Shown: positions 10,099-18,121 of the stretch, piece after piece
How positions within the stretch are numbered: position 1 is the stretch's first letter
Layout of the letters: every line of letters starts with the position of its first letter
NCBI GenBank assembly: GCA_944388585.1
Contig: CALXJI010000005.1
Coordinates: 96,012-160,011 of the forward strand
Reading direction: 5' to 3'
Origin: an uncultured Clostridia bacterium
GTDB taxonomy: Bacteria > Bacillota > Clostridia > TANB77 > CAG-465
Length of the DNA stretch: 64,000 bases
The notes under the pieces: generated by a model
The model's input: the letters and a program-made list of their open reading frames with translations, nothing else
What the model was told of the DNA's origin: nothing
Database searches by the model: none
Program-made: the position numbers and the translations under genes

Positions 10099-11262
10099 AT
10101 GTATATAAATATAATAGATAACAAAACCTATACAAATGATTTAATTATAAGCGAAGTGAAATATGGTACAGCACTTATTGATTTTTTAAATACAGATTTA
10201 ACAGACTATATTACAAAAATCACAGAATTTTCTGGAAAGTTTATTTATGAAAATGAAAATGAAATAAAACCTTATAATGTTGATTATAAAAATAATGATA
10301 TTACTAGTTACCCAAACTGTTTAGATGCATATAGTTACTTATGTAAATATGTTAGATTTATAAGAACAATTAAAAGCAGTTGCAAATATGTTAATCTGCA
10401 TATTAATGAACTAGAAGAAAATTTAAAGGAAGTTGCAAAATATGATATAGATGAATTTAATAAAAGTATTACTAATACTAGTCCTAATATGAACGAAACT
10501 ATACATAGCTATGTTAAATATCTGATAGAATATTTAATACTTTGTCAAAAAGCATTGAAGAAAGCAGTTTATTATATACTTGATGTCAATAACACAAATC
10601 TAAATGATTTATCATTAAACAAAAGACTAGCTTACTTCCAATGTAAAAATGATTTAAGTAACTTACATATTATATTAACATATATGACTGAACAAGAATT
10701 ACTAGATATGATATTTATAAATAATAAAATTAATGTTTCTGATAATACTTTTGTTTTTAAAGAAAAAGATAACCTTATAGGACTCTCAGATAAGCAATTA
10801 CTAAACAGAATAAAAAGCTCTAATGTATCTATTAGTTATAATAAATATTTTAGAACTATAAAAGAACTAGGCATTTTTGAAATTGAACAAATGATTTTGA
10901 ATAAAACACAAGTAAAAAGATGTGAATTTTGTAATAATTACTTTATTTCTAAAGACAAAAAGAAAAAAACTTGTAGTACTATTTGTGGAAAAAAAGTCAA
11001 TTATCAAAAGACTAAGCAAGATGAACTACAAAACTTATATAACAGAACTTTGGAAAGTATGCAAAAAGGTATGAAAAATAATAAAGATAAATACGAACCT
11101 GTAAAAGAATATTTTAAATCGGTATATAATAGTGTAAAGGAAATGAATAAAAATTCTAATGAAATTAAAAAATTTAAAAAAATGTGTGTAGATATAAAAG
11201 CAAAAACACCTAAATATAATTATAGTGTTGATTATTTAAAAAATCTATGGGAAAAGGAATAG
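10099..11262 (+). CDS. Hypothetical protein with C-terminal CxxC...CxxC zinc ribbon (start moved to ATG 10099 after AGGAGG)
   Basis: CEFCNNYF...CSTICGKK near the C-terminus. The only long plus-strand gene in this part of the element. Confidence 0.5.
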   Translation: MYINIIDNKTYTNDLIISEVKYGTALIDFLNTDLTDYITKITEFSGKFIYENENEIKPYNVDYKNNDITSYPNCLDAYSYLCKYVRFIRTIKSSCKYVNLHINELEENLKEVAKYDIDEFNKSITNTSPNMNETIHSYVKYLIEYLILCQKALKKAVYYILDVNNTNLNDLSLNKRLAYFQCKNDLSNLHIILTYMTEQELLDMIFINNKINVSDNTFVFKEKDNLIGLSDKQLLNRIKSSNVSISYNKYFRTIKELGIFEIEQMILNKTQVKRCEFCNNYFISKDKKKKTCSTICGKKVNYQKTKQDELQNLYNRTLESMQKGMKNNKDKYEPVKEYFKSVYNSVKEMNKNSNEIKKFKKMCVDIKAKTPKYNYSVDYLKNLWEKE

Positions 11263-11314
11263 TGGTATGACTATTCCTTTTTATACCGTATGTCAAAACT
11301 AATCATTTTTCCAA

Positions 11315-12016
11315 CTAATTTTTTCCACAATTTTTTTGTTCTAAGAGTTGCACAACAATGTCTGGATATGAATTTTGCATTTGAATAATACTACTATATT
11401 GAAGTTCAACCATTTCAAATTTTTTTGAATCTTCTATTTGTTCACCAAATACTAATTTGTATATTTTAATTATAATATTATGAGCATAATCTAATAAAAT
11501 AGGAATTTCATTATATGCAGGTATTTCATCAGCTTTAAAACTTTTTATTCCCAAATCATAAGATTTATCCAAATGTGCAACATTTTTATCCCTCAAGGTT
11601 TTAAGATTATCTAAAGCTTTCATATTTTCCAATTTTTCTAATTCAGATTTAGCATATTTTATTATTTCTGAATTTTTTTTATTAAGAAGTTTATTACATT
11701 GAACACAATTTAACATATAAAATACTGTAATTGAATCATTACTAGAGTCATTATCATAAATTTTAGCTAATTTCATAAATAAAGAGTATTGTAATCCATC
11801 AATGACAGAACAATAGTACTCTTTATATTTAGGCATTTTACTAAAATCCATACACATTCTATCAAATAATAAATATTGTGATTTAGCAAAAAAAATCTCT
11901 CTATATAGCAAGTCAACTCTCTTTTTAAACTTGTCTATTTCACATTTTTGAATTTTTGTTTTAGTTTCTTCCATAATACTCACGCCGAATTTATATATTC
12001 GACAGCCTCCTCTCAT
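11315..12016 (-). CDS. Hypothetical protein with a HEPN-like Rx4-6H motif (RDKNVAH); possible Abi-like cargo
   Basis: Predominantly alpha-helical; RDKNVAHLDK fits the HEPN catalytic motif. Start ambiguous (M1 or the internal MEETKTK). Confidence 0.35.
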   Translation of the reverse strand: MRGGCRIYKFGVSIMEETKTKIQKCEIDKFKKRVDLLYREIFFAKSQYLLFDRMCMDFSKMPKYKEYYCSVIDGLQYSLFMKLAKIYDNDSSNDSITVFYMLNCVQCNKLLNKKNSEIIKYAKSELEKLENMKALDNLKTLRDKNVAHLDKSYDLGIKSFKADEIPAYNEIPILLDYAHNIIIKIYKLVFGEQIEDSKKFEMVELQYSSIIQMQNSYPDIVVQLLEQKNCGKN

Positions 12017-12366
12017 TTTTGGTTATATTTTACCATATTATATTTTTTTGAACAACTTTTTACAAAAATAAAAAATATATATAACAATAGTTAAAAAATA
12101 AGTGTTACTGTTTTTATCTTATAACTAGGTAAGATAGCAACACATTTTTTTATATCATATTTTATTTTTCCAATTGGATTTAAAAATCATACTCAATGTA
12201 TCACATTAGAAATTCTGATTTATTCAAAGAAAATGTGTTATTTGTTTATATTTCAATACTTAGAAAGCATTTTATAAAAATAACTTTTAGTAAATGTAAT
12301 AAAAAATATGTACGAATTACATTCAATGTATTATAATGTATAAAAATTTAAGGAGATGTATGTAGT

Positions 12367-12936
12367 ATGAATTTAGTAGAACCAATTAGAGATTTGAACA
12401 AAATCGAAGAAATGAAAAAAGTATTATTAGAACAAGGAAAAGGCAAAAGAAATTATCTTATTTTCAAAGTAGGTATAAATATTGGTATAAGGGTATCAGA
12501 TATTATAAAGCTTAAAGTAAGTGATATTAGATATGAAAATGGTACTATGCGAGATGACATTACAATTATAGAAAAGAAAACAAATAAAAAGAAGACATTT
12601 AGATTTAATATCGAATTAAAAAAAGAACTAGAAGATTACACTAAACAAATGCAACAATATGAGTATATTTTTAAAAGTAGGAAAGGAGCTAATCAACCTC
12701 TTACGCGCACGCAAGTATATAGATTTCTTAATGATGCAGCAAAAATGGTTGGTATCACTGATAGTATAGGAACTCACACTATGAGAAAGACCTTTGGTTT
12801 CCACAACTATAAAAAATATGCTGATGTTGCTATGTTGCAAACAATATTTAATCATAGTAGCCCTAGTATCACACTTCGATATATAGGTATATCACAAGAT
12901 GAAATCAACAATATGTATGATGACTTTTGCTTATAA
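12367..12936 (+). CDS. Short tyrosine recombinase, FimB/FimE-like (catalytic domain only, 189 aa)
   Basis: KRNYLIFKVGINIGIRVSDIIKLKVSDI parallels FimB ARNYCLTLLCFIHGFRASEICRLRISDI. HxxR box in GTHTMRKTFG. His and Tyr in FNHSSPSITLRY. Confidence 0.8.
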   Translation: MNLVEPIRDLNKIEEMKKVLLEQGKGKRNYLIFKVGINIGIRVSDIIKLKVSDIRYENGTMRDDITIIEKKTNKKKTFRFNIELKKELEDYTKQMQQYEYIFKSRKGANQPLTRTQVYRFLNDAAKMVGITDSIGTHTMRKTFGFHNYKKYADVAMLQTIFNHSSPSITLRYIGISQDEINNMYDDFCL

Positions 12937-12967
12937 GTTAATATAATTTTATATCTTAATAATAAAA
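12930..12967 (+). repeat. 38-bp repeat copy A (cttataagttaatataattttatatcttaataataaaa), followed directly by aaaagtgtctt (12964-12974), which matches the element end-arm motif
   Basis: Near-identical (3 mismatches) to 20232..20269. The 18-bp core taatataatttaatatct also occurs at 17781..17798. Confidence 0.6.
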
Positions 12968-13011
12968 GTGTCTTAAAATATAAATATGAATATCACTTTT
13001 AGACAAATTAG

Positions 13012-13055
13012 TCAAAAAATGAGAGTAGTACCATAGTATTACTCTCATTTATTCT
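13012..13055. terminator. Bidirectional rho-independent terminator between convergent genes
   Basis: aatgagagta - 12-nt loop - tactctcatt, a perfect 10-bp stem flanked by A-run and T-run. Confidence 0.6.
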
Positions 13056-13066
13056 ATGTAATAAGC

Positions 13067-13603
13067 TTAAAAATTTGATGAATTTAAGCGATTTATCACA
13101 TTTTCTTTTTTTATATCTACAACCTCTTTATAAGTAATTCCATCAGCATTAGGTGCAAATCCATAATAAAACTTACTTCCATACAATTTTTTTAGTGTTT
13201 GATTTGTTGTAGTACATTCTACAATATAAATTCCATTTACCTCTTCAATTGTTTTAACTGTAAGTTCATTCTCTCTACACTCTTCTCCTAAATACTGTCT
13301 TGCATGATTCTCTGCCCAATATCTATTTTCTTGTAATGGAGTAGGAAAGAAAATAGGTTGCACAATAAATTTCCAACCACAAAATATAAAAATAATAACT
13401 ATAATTATATAAATAATTAATCCTTTTGTACTTGAATTATTTGTCACATTATTATTATTATTATCTTCTTCAACATTGAGTTTATTTTCAACATTTTGTT
13501 CAACATTACTATTATTTTCTTCATTTTTACTTATAGTTTGTCCACACTTATCACAAAATTTACTATCATCATCAATTTGACTTCCACAATTTTTACAATA
13601 CAT
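13067..13603 (-). CDS. Zinc-ribbon (CxxC...CxxC) membrane-anchored hypothetical protein
   Basis: MYCKNCGSQIDDDSKFCDKCG N-terminus, an Asn-rich linker, one TM helix and a C-terminal globular domain. Confidence 0.5.
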   Translation of the reverse strand: MYCKNCGSQIDDDSKFCDKCGQTISKNEENNSNVEQNVENKLNVEEDNNNNNVTNNSSTKGLIIYIIIVIIFIFCGWKFIVQPIFFPTPLQENRYWAENHARQYLGEECRENELTVKTIEEVNGIYIVECTTTNQTLKKLYGSKFYYGFAPNADGITYKEVVDIKKENVINRLNSSNF

Positions 13604-13620
13604 AACCTTTCAACCCCTTT

Positions 13621-14655
13621 TTAATTTTTATATTCTTTATTTTCAATAAATAAGTCTAATATTCTTTCTAATTCTTCCATTAGATTTAATAAATCACTAA
13701 CTTTATATTCTTCACTTAATTTTATCTTTGCTAAAATCATTGACTCATTAGCTTGTCTTTTATTAAATTTTTCAAACTTTATATTACTTTTATTTGAAAA
13801 ATATTTTTCTATTTTATCTTGTAATTTATTTCTTTCATCTTCATTATATTTTAAATTACCATTTTCTTTATTTTCAAAGCGACCTCTAATTCTTAATTCA
13901 TATTTACTTTTATTTATATTTGTTTCAAGATATAAATAATCTAAGAAGTAATTCTTATCTAATCCTCTTATATACCAAGTATAAAATACACTACCTCTAA
14001 CTCTACCAACACCACATTTATTTATTTCATTTTTTTCACTATGACTACAATATACATTTGGTAATTCATATTGTAGATATTGTTCCATACTAATTTCTTT
14101 CAATGAAAACTTTTTAATATTCTTACACTTATATTCTATCAAACTTAAATAATTGTAATAATCAATGTAAATATCATTTTTTATATGATAATTTTCCATT
14201 ATTTCAAGCATAAACTTTCTATCAATTAATACATCTACATCAATTTGATTTGGTTCATAAAACATCTTATAATATGTAGTTATTATATTTTCTTCCTTTA
14301 TTCCTTTATTAATTAATTTATTTTTATATTTGTTTATTTGATTACTATGTTCTGAAGTTAGTTTCTTATCTTCAATTATAATGTATATTGTTTCATTATT
14401 TTCATTTTCAAAACTTATTAAAACATCTATATTTTTATCTTGTTTTAATATTTTTACATTATTATAATCATTGAACTTTAAATTTCTTTTAGTGTTTTTC
14501 TTATTATACTTTTCTATAATTTTATCTAAAAACTTTTTTGATACTTCATACAATTCTGAATTTTCTTCTTTGTGATTAATCCACTCTACCAACCAACAAA
14601 TAAAAGCATCTTGACTAAGCTCCTTAGTCGCATATTTGAATATGTTATTTTCCAT
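13621..14655 (-). CDS. Hypothetical protein, candidate PD-(D/E)xK nuclease fold
   Basis: NIDVLISF ... IYIIIEDKKLTSEHSNQ gives a D...ExK arrangement. RBS GGAGG at 14662-14668. Confidence 0.35.
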   Translation of the reverse strand: MENNIFKYATKELSQDAFICWLVEWINHKEENSELYEVSKKFLDKIIEKYNKKNTKRNLKFNDYNNVKILKQDKNIDVLISFENENNETIYIIIEDKKLTSEHSNQINKYKNKLINKGIKEENIITTYYKMFYEPNQIDVDVLIDRKFMLEIMENYHIKNDIYIDYYNYLSLIEYKCKNIKKFSLKEISMEQYLQYELPNVYCSHSEKNEINKCGVGRVRGSVFYTWYIRGLDKNYFLDYLYLETNINKSKYELRIRGRFENKENGNLKYNEDERNKLQDKIEKYFSNKSNIKFEKFNKRQANESMILAKIKLSEEYKVSDLLNLMEELERILDLFIENKEYKN

Positions 14656-14675
14656 ATAAAAACCTCCTCATATTA

Positions 14676-14692
14676 TATGACAATATGTCATA
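14676..14692. promoter_or_regulatory. Palindromic operator candidate TATGACA-ata-TGTCATA in the divergent promoter region
   Basis: 7-bp perfect inverted arms between the RBS of 13621..14655 and the XRE gene. Confidence 0.4.
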
Positions 14693-14763
14693 CTAATTAT
14701 ACCAATTTTCAACTTTTTTTACAACCCTTTTATTGTTATAATTTAATAAAAGGAGTAGATAGA

Positions 14764-15132
14764 GTGGATAAAATAAAGAAAAACAAAGAAATTTCACCCA
14801 AAAAGAATTTACAAAAAATTAGGGAAGATAATCATTACTCACAAAGAAAAGTCGCTGAAGATAATAATACTTATCAAGAAGTTATATCTAGGTTAGAGTC
14901 TGGAACTAGGACTTCAAATATTGAGTTTATAATGCAATTAGCTAACTATTTTCATTGCTCTACAGACTATCTTTTAGATTTAACAAATGACCCAACTCCA
15001 ATATCTATTTTATCTTCTAAAAGTGATTTAAGCGAAAAAGAAAAGTATATTTTAAGAGAATATAATTCTTTAAGTGATGATAACAAACTAAGATTAGAAG
15101 GCATATTAATTGCATTAAAAAGCATACAATAG
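14764..15132 (+). CDS. XRE-family helix-turn-helix transcriptional regulator (GTG start after AAGGAG)
   Basis: LQKIREDNHYSQRKVAEDNNTYQEVISRLESGTRTSNIEFIMQLANYFHCSTDYLL is a classic HTH_3. The upstream part of the track ORF overlaps the convergent gene and lacks an RBS. Confidence 0.7.
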   Translation: MDKIKKNKEISPKKNLQKIREDNHYSQRKVAEDNNTYQEVISRLESGTRTSNIEFIMQLANYFHCSTDYLLDLTNDPTPISILSSKSDLSEKEKYILREYNSLSDDNKLRLEGILIALKSIQ

Positions 15133-15249
15133 TGTAATAATACTTTTGTATGCTTCTTTTTTCTCCTTTATATCTTAAATTAACTTTCTACTAATAGATA
15201 TAAATTTATATAACTAAGTATAGAAAGTTCTTCTAAATAAAACCTCATT

Positions 15250-15600
15250 TCAATGGTTATTATTTAATTTTATAAAGTTATCAAAAAATATCTTAAACAC
15301 TTTTTCATTATCTATCTCATAAAAGTAATCTATAAAATCATATTCCTTATTATAACTATCTTTCTTAAATATACCAACAATATTTATAGCGAAAAAACCA
15401 CTATGTGTGTTAAAAAATTCTTTTACTACTTTTTCTTTTATATCTCCAATAATACATAAGAATAGTGGAGGTATATTATAGTTTAAATCTTTAAGTTCAT
15501 CACTATATACAATTTTTACATTATCATTTAAAACTATATCTTTTATTATTTCTTTACCAAATACTCCTAATGGAATTACCACTATATCTTGAATTTTCAT
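15250..15600 (-). CDS. Hypothetical protein (116 aa), 4-bp overlap with the upstream gene
   Basis: ATGA overlap coupling with 15597..15974. Confidence 0.45.
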   Translation of the reverse strand: MKIQDIVVIPLGVFGKEIIKDIVLNDNVKIVYSDELKDLNYNIPPLFLCIIGDIKEKVVKEFFNTHSGFFAINIVGIFKKDSYNKEYDFIDYFYEIDNEKVFKIFFDNFIKLNNNH

Positions 15601-15974
15601 CTCTCCTTTTTTATTTCATAAACAATAAATTTTACATTAAGTACAATACTAATACCCTCTAATATTCTAAATGTTTCATTATTTGTTCTTTCCTTAAATC
15701 TATTATTGTTTTTAATTTTAGATAGGTTAATTATTACTATACTATTATTAAAGTTTTTTAGTTCTTTTATTAAGTTATCTAATTTATATGTAGTAAAATA
15801 TTCAACATTATCTTTACCATAAAATATATCATCATCTTTATATAACAATACTTTTGAAGTAGGTAGGTTAAATTCTTTTCTTATAATATCTACATCTTTC
15901 TTTTCCTTATCAAATATTTCCATTTTATATATACTTTCCTTTTTAATTCCTACATCTAACAAAAATAACCCCAT
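15597..15974 (-). CDS. Hypothetical protein (125 aa)
   Basis: Operon partner downstream of the HTH-WYL-like gene. Confidence 0.45.
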   Translation of the reverse strand: MGLFLLDVGIKKESIYKMEIFDKEKKDVDIIRKEFNLPTSKVLLYKDDDIFYGKDNVEYFTTYKLDNLIKELKNFNNSIVIINLSKIKNNNRFKERTNNETFRILEGISIVLNVKFIVYEIKKER

Positions 15975-16071
15975 AATGAGCCTCCAAACTTATTTATTTA
16001 GAGTATATCATTTTGAAGTTATTTTGTATATGAATTTTATACTATGAATTTTTCGCTGGTCTAAAAATGTA

Positions 16072-16761
16072 TTACTTATTTTTTTCTTCATCTAAAAACT
16101 CACACTCTTCATCTAAAATTTTTATATCTTTCATACTACTTAATAAAATTCCAATATTATTATTGAGTGTATTATTTGTTCCTATAACTATATAATTAAA
16201 AGGTGTAAGTACTTTAAATTTCCTATACACAATATATTGTGGAGAGTATATAATATTCTTTCCATTATGTATAAATTGTATCTTTTTCTTTTCTTCTATT
16301 GCTTGTGAAACTATTTCTAAACTATTTACTAATTCCCAATTCTTTGTTTTTTGTTCTTTCATTTTTGCTATATTTGATTTTAGTTTTTCTCTATCAAATA
16401 TATTAATTTGTTTTTCTAATTTATTTACCAAAAGATTTGATGTTTCTTCATTTATATCATTAGCTAACTTTATTTGATTTATAATCATAATAATTTCTCC
16501 TAATGTGAAGTCTATATCTATATTTTTAATATAATAATAACCTTTGCGATTATCATTATATGTAGATATATCATAACCAAACTTTTCTATAAGTAAGTTT
16601 ATATTTCTTCTTATAGTTCTACTATCTATATTTACATCATAATCTTTCTTTATCAATTCTTTTATATCATTACAACTTAATATGTGTTCATCATCACTAT
16701 ATTTTTTTAGTGTATTCAACACATATAGTATATTTCCTTTATTTTCATTTCCTTTTTCCAA
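16072..16761 (-). CDS. Putative transcriptional regulator, N-terminal HTH (HTH_11-like) plus C-terminal WYL-like domain (BrxR/CapW-like architecture)
   Basis: ILYVLNTLKKYSDDEHILSCNDIKELIKKDYDVNIDSRTIRRNINLLIEKFGYDI fits the DeoR/HTH_11 pattern. C-terminal IQFIHNGKNIIYSPQYIVYRKFKVLTPFNYIVIG is WYL-like. Confidence 0.4.
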   Translation of the reverse strand: MEKGNENKGNILYVLNTLKKYSDDEHILSCNDIKELIKKDYDVNIDSRTIRRNINLLIEKFGYDISTYNDNRKGYYYIKNIDIDFTLGEIIMIINQIKLANDINEETSNLLVNKLEKQINIFDREKLKSNIAKMKEQKTKNWELVNSLEIVSQAIEEKKKIQFIHNGKNIIYSPQYIVYRKFKVLTPFNYIVIGTNNTLNNNIGILLSSMKDIKILDEECEFLDEEKNK

Positions 16762-16827
16762 TTAAACCACCTTTCTATATTATACAAAATTAGTTTGTAA
16801 ATCACAAGTAACAAGAGTAACACTTAT

Positions 16828-17061
16828 TTATAACATACCTTTTCTATTTAAAGTTCTTACAATTTCACTTCCTAAACCTGTTCTTAAAGTTTTAAATATA
16901 GAATTAAAATATATACTCTCTTTTCTATATTTGGTATAGATATAGTCATTACAATTACTCTTATGAGTTTCAATATATAGTTTTATTCTCTTTTGAATTT
17001 CACTATTTTGTGGAATATTACTTAGTATTATTTCTACAATATCTAAATCATCTTCTCTCAT
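16828..17061 (-). CDS. Hypothetical protein (77 aa)
   Basis: 4-bp overlap with the upstream ORF. Confidence 0.4.
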   Translation of the reverse strand: MREDDLDIVEIILSNIPQNSEIQKRIKLYIETHKSNCNDYIYTKYRKESIYFNSIFKTLRTGLGSEIVRTLNRKGML

Positions 17062-17387
17062 AGTAGTCTCCTTTTTAAATCAAATCTTTCCATATACTTC
17101 TTTATTTTTTCTTCACTTAAAGATATAGTCTCTCCATTTTCTTGACCTACCACTAAAAAATCTCCAACTATAATATCTCCAAATTCATATAAAACTAAAT
17201 TAGGAGATAGACTTAATAATTTACCCTCATCATTTATAATAATATCTACATCATCTTCTAACTCTACAATATCTATTAGACCACCTACATACTTTTGTAG
17301 AGTAGATAGGTTATTTTCTATCTCTATTACTTTTGGTTGTTCAAACACTTTTACTAAAATACATCTTAATTTTTCCTTTTTACTCAT
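17058..17387 (-). CDS. Hypothetical protein (109 aa)
   Basis: RBS-preceded ORF; first gene after a 465-bp repeat-rich intergenic region. Confidence 0.4.
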   Translation of the reverse strand: MSKKEKLRCILVKVFEQPKVIEIENNLSTLQKYVGGLIDIVELEDDVDIIINDEGKLLSLSPNLVLYEFGDIIVGDFLVVGQENGETISLSEEKIKKYMERFDLKRRLL

Positions 17388-17853
17388 TTTTTATCTTCCT
17401 TTATCATAAATTTAAACTTTTTATTCCATTGATTCCATATTAAACCTAGATTAAATTTTATATCTTTTTATATTAGTTATATATCTTTAATACAAAAGTT
17501 TCTTTAAATTAAACCTAGATTATCACTTTTGAAAAACAATTAAAATATGGTATTAATACTAAAAAATGACCCACATAGAGTCTATCTCTATATGAGTCTA
17601 TCTACTAAAATATACAACAAACTAAAATCTACTACCACTATAAACACCACCTTTAAACTTAAAACTAAACCTCTTATCTTAGTATAATTTTAAATTGTGA
17701 TTTTTCAAAAGTACATACTTTTTCTTTAAGTTTTAGAAAGTTTTAAGTGGGTGTCCATTTAAAGAACTTTACCTATTAAGTAATATAATTTAATATCTAT
17801 AAGTAGAAAGTTCCTTAGGATTAAATCTGGAATTAGTGGGTTATATTTAAAGT

Positions 17854-18045
17854 TTAATTCTCTCCTTTATTGTATTGGAATAAATATCTACTTTTTATAA
17901 ATTCATCTAAATCATCTTCTCTAATCATAAAACCTTTACCCATATAGATAGCTTTTAGTTTCTGCTCTGCAATATAACTTCTTATAGTGTGAGGTGTTAC
18001 TTTTAAAATGTCTGCTACTTCTTTTACTTTGTAAATATTAGTCAT
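17854..18045 (-). CDS. Excisionase-family / MerR-like HTH DNA-binding protein (63 aa)
   Basis: VKEVADILKVTPHTIRSYIAEQKLKAIYMGKGFMIREDDLDEF matches the excisionase-family DNA-binding pattern. Confidence 0.6.
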   Translation of the reverse strand: MTNIYKVKEVADILKVTPHTIRSYIAEQKLKAIYMGKGFMIREDDLDEFIKSRYLFQYNKGEN

Positions 18046-18121
18046 TGTGTTATCACTCCTTTTATTTAGATATACTTAATATATATCTTTCATATAAATA
18101 TATAGAAAGTGTGATAAAATC

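Noticed and set aside
12139-12239. 10-bp inverted repeat (aacacatttt / aaaatgtgtt) upstream of the short tyrosine recombinase, as a possible invertible switch.
   Set aside because: The arms are short and AT-rich, the spacer (81 bp) is shorter than typical invertible promoters, and such 10-mers occur by chance in 25% GC DNA. Kept only as a note within the recombinase finding.
14572-14763. 5' extension of the XRE regulator ORF as given in the track (start 14572).
   Set aside because: It overlaps the convergent PD-(D/E)xK-like gene on the other strand and has no RBS. An AAGGAG-GTG start at 14764 gives a canonical ~120-aa HTH_3 protein.
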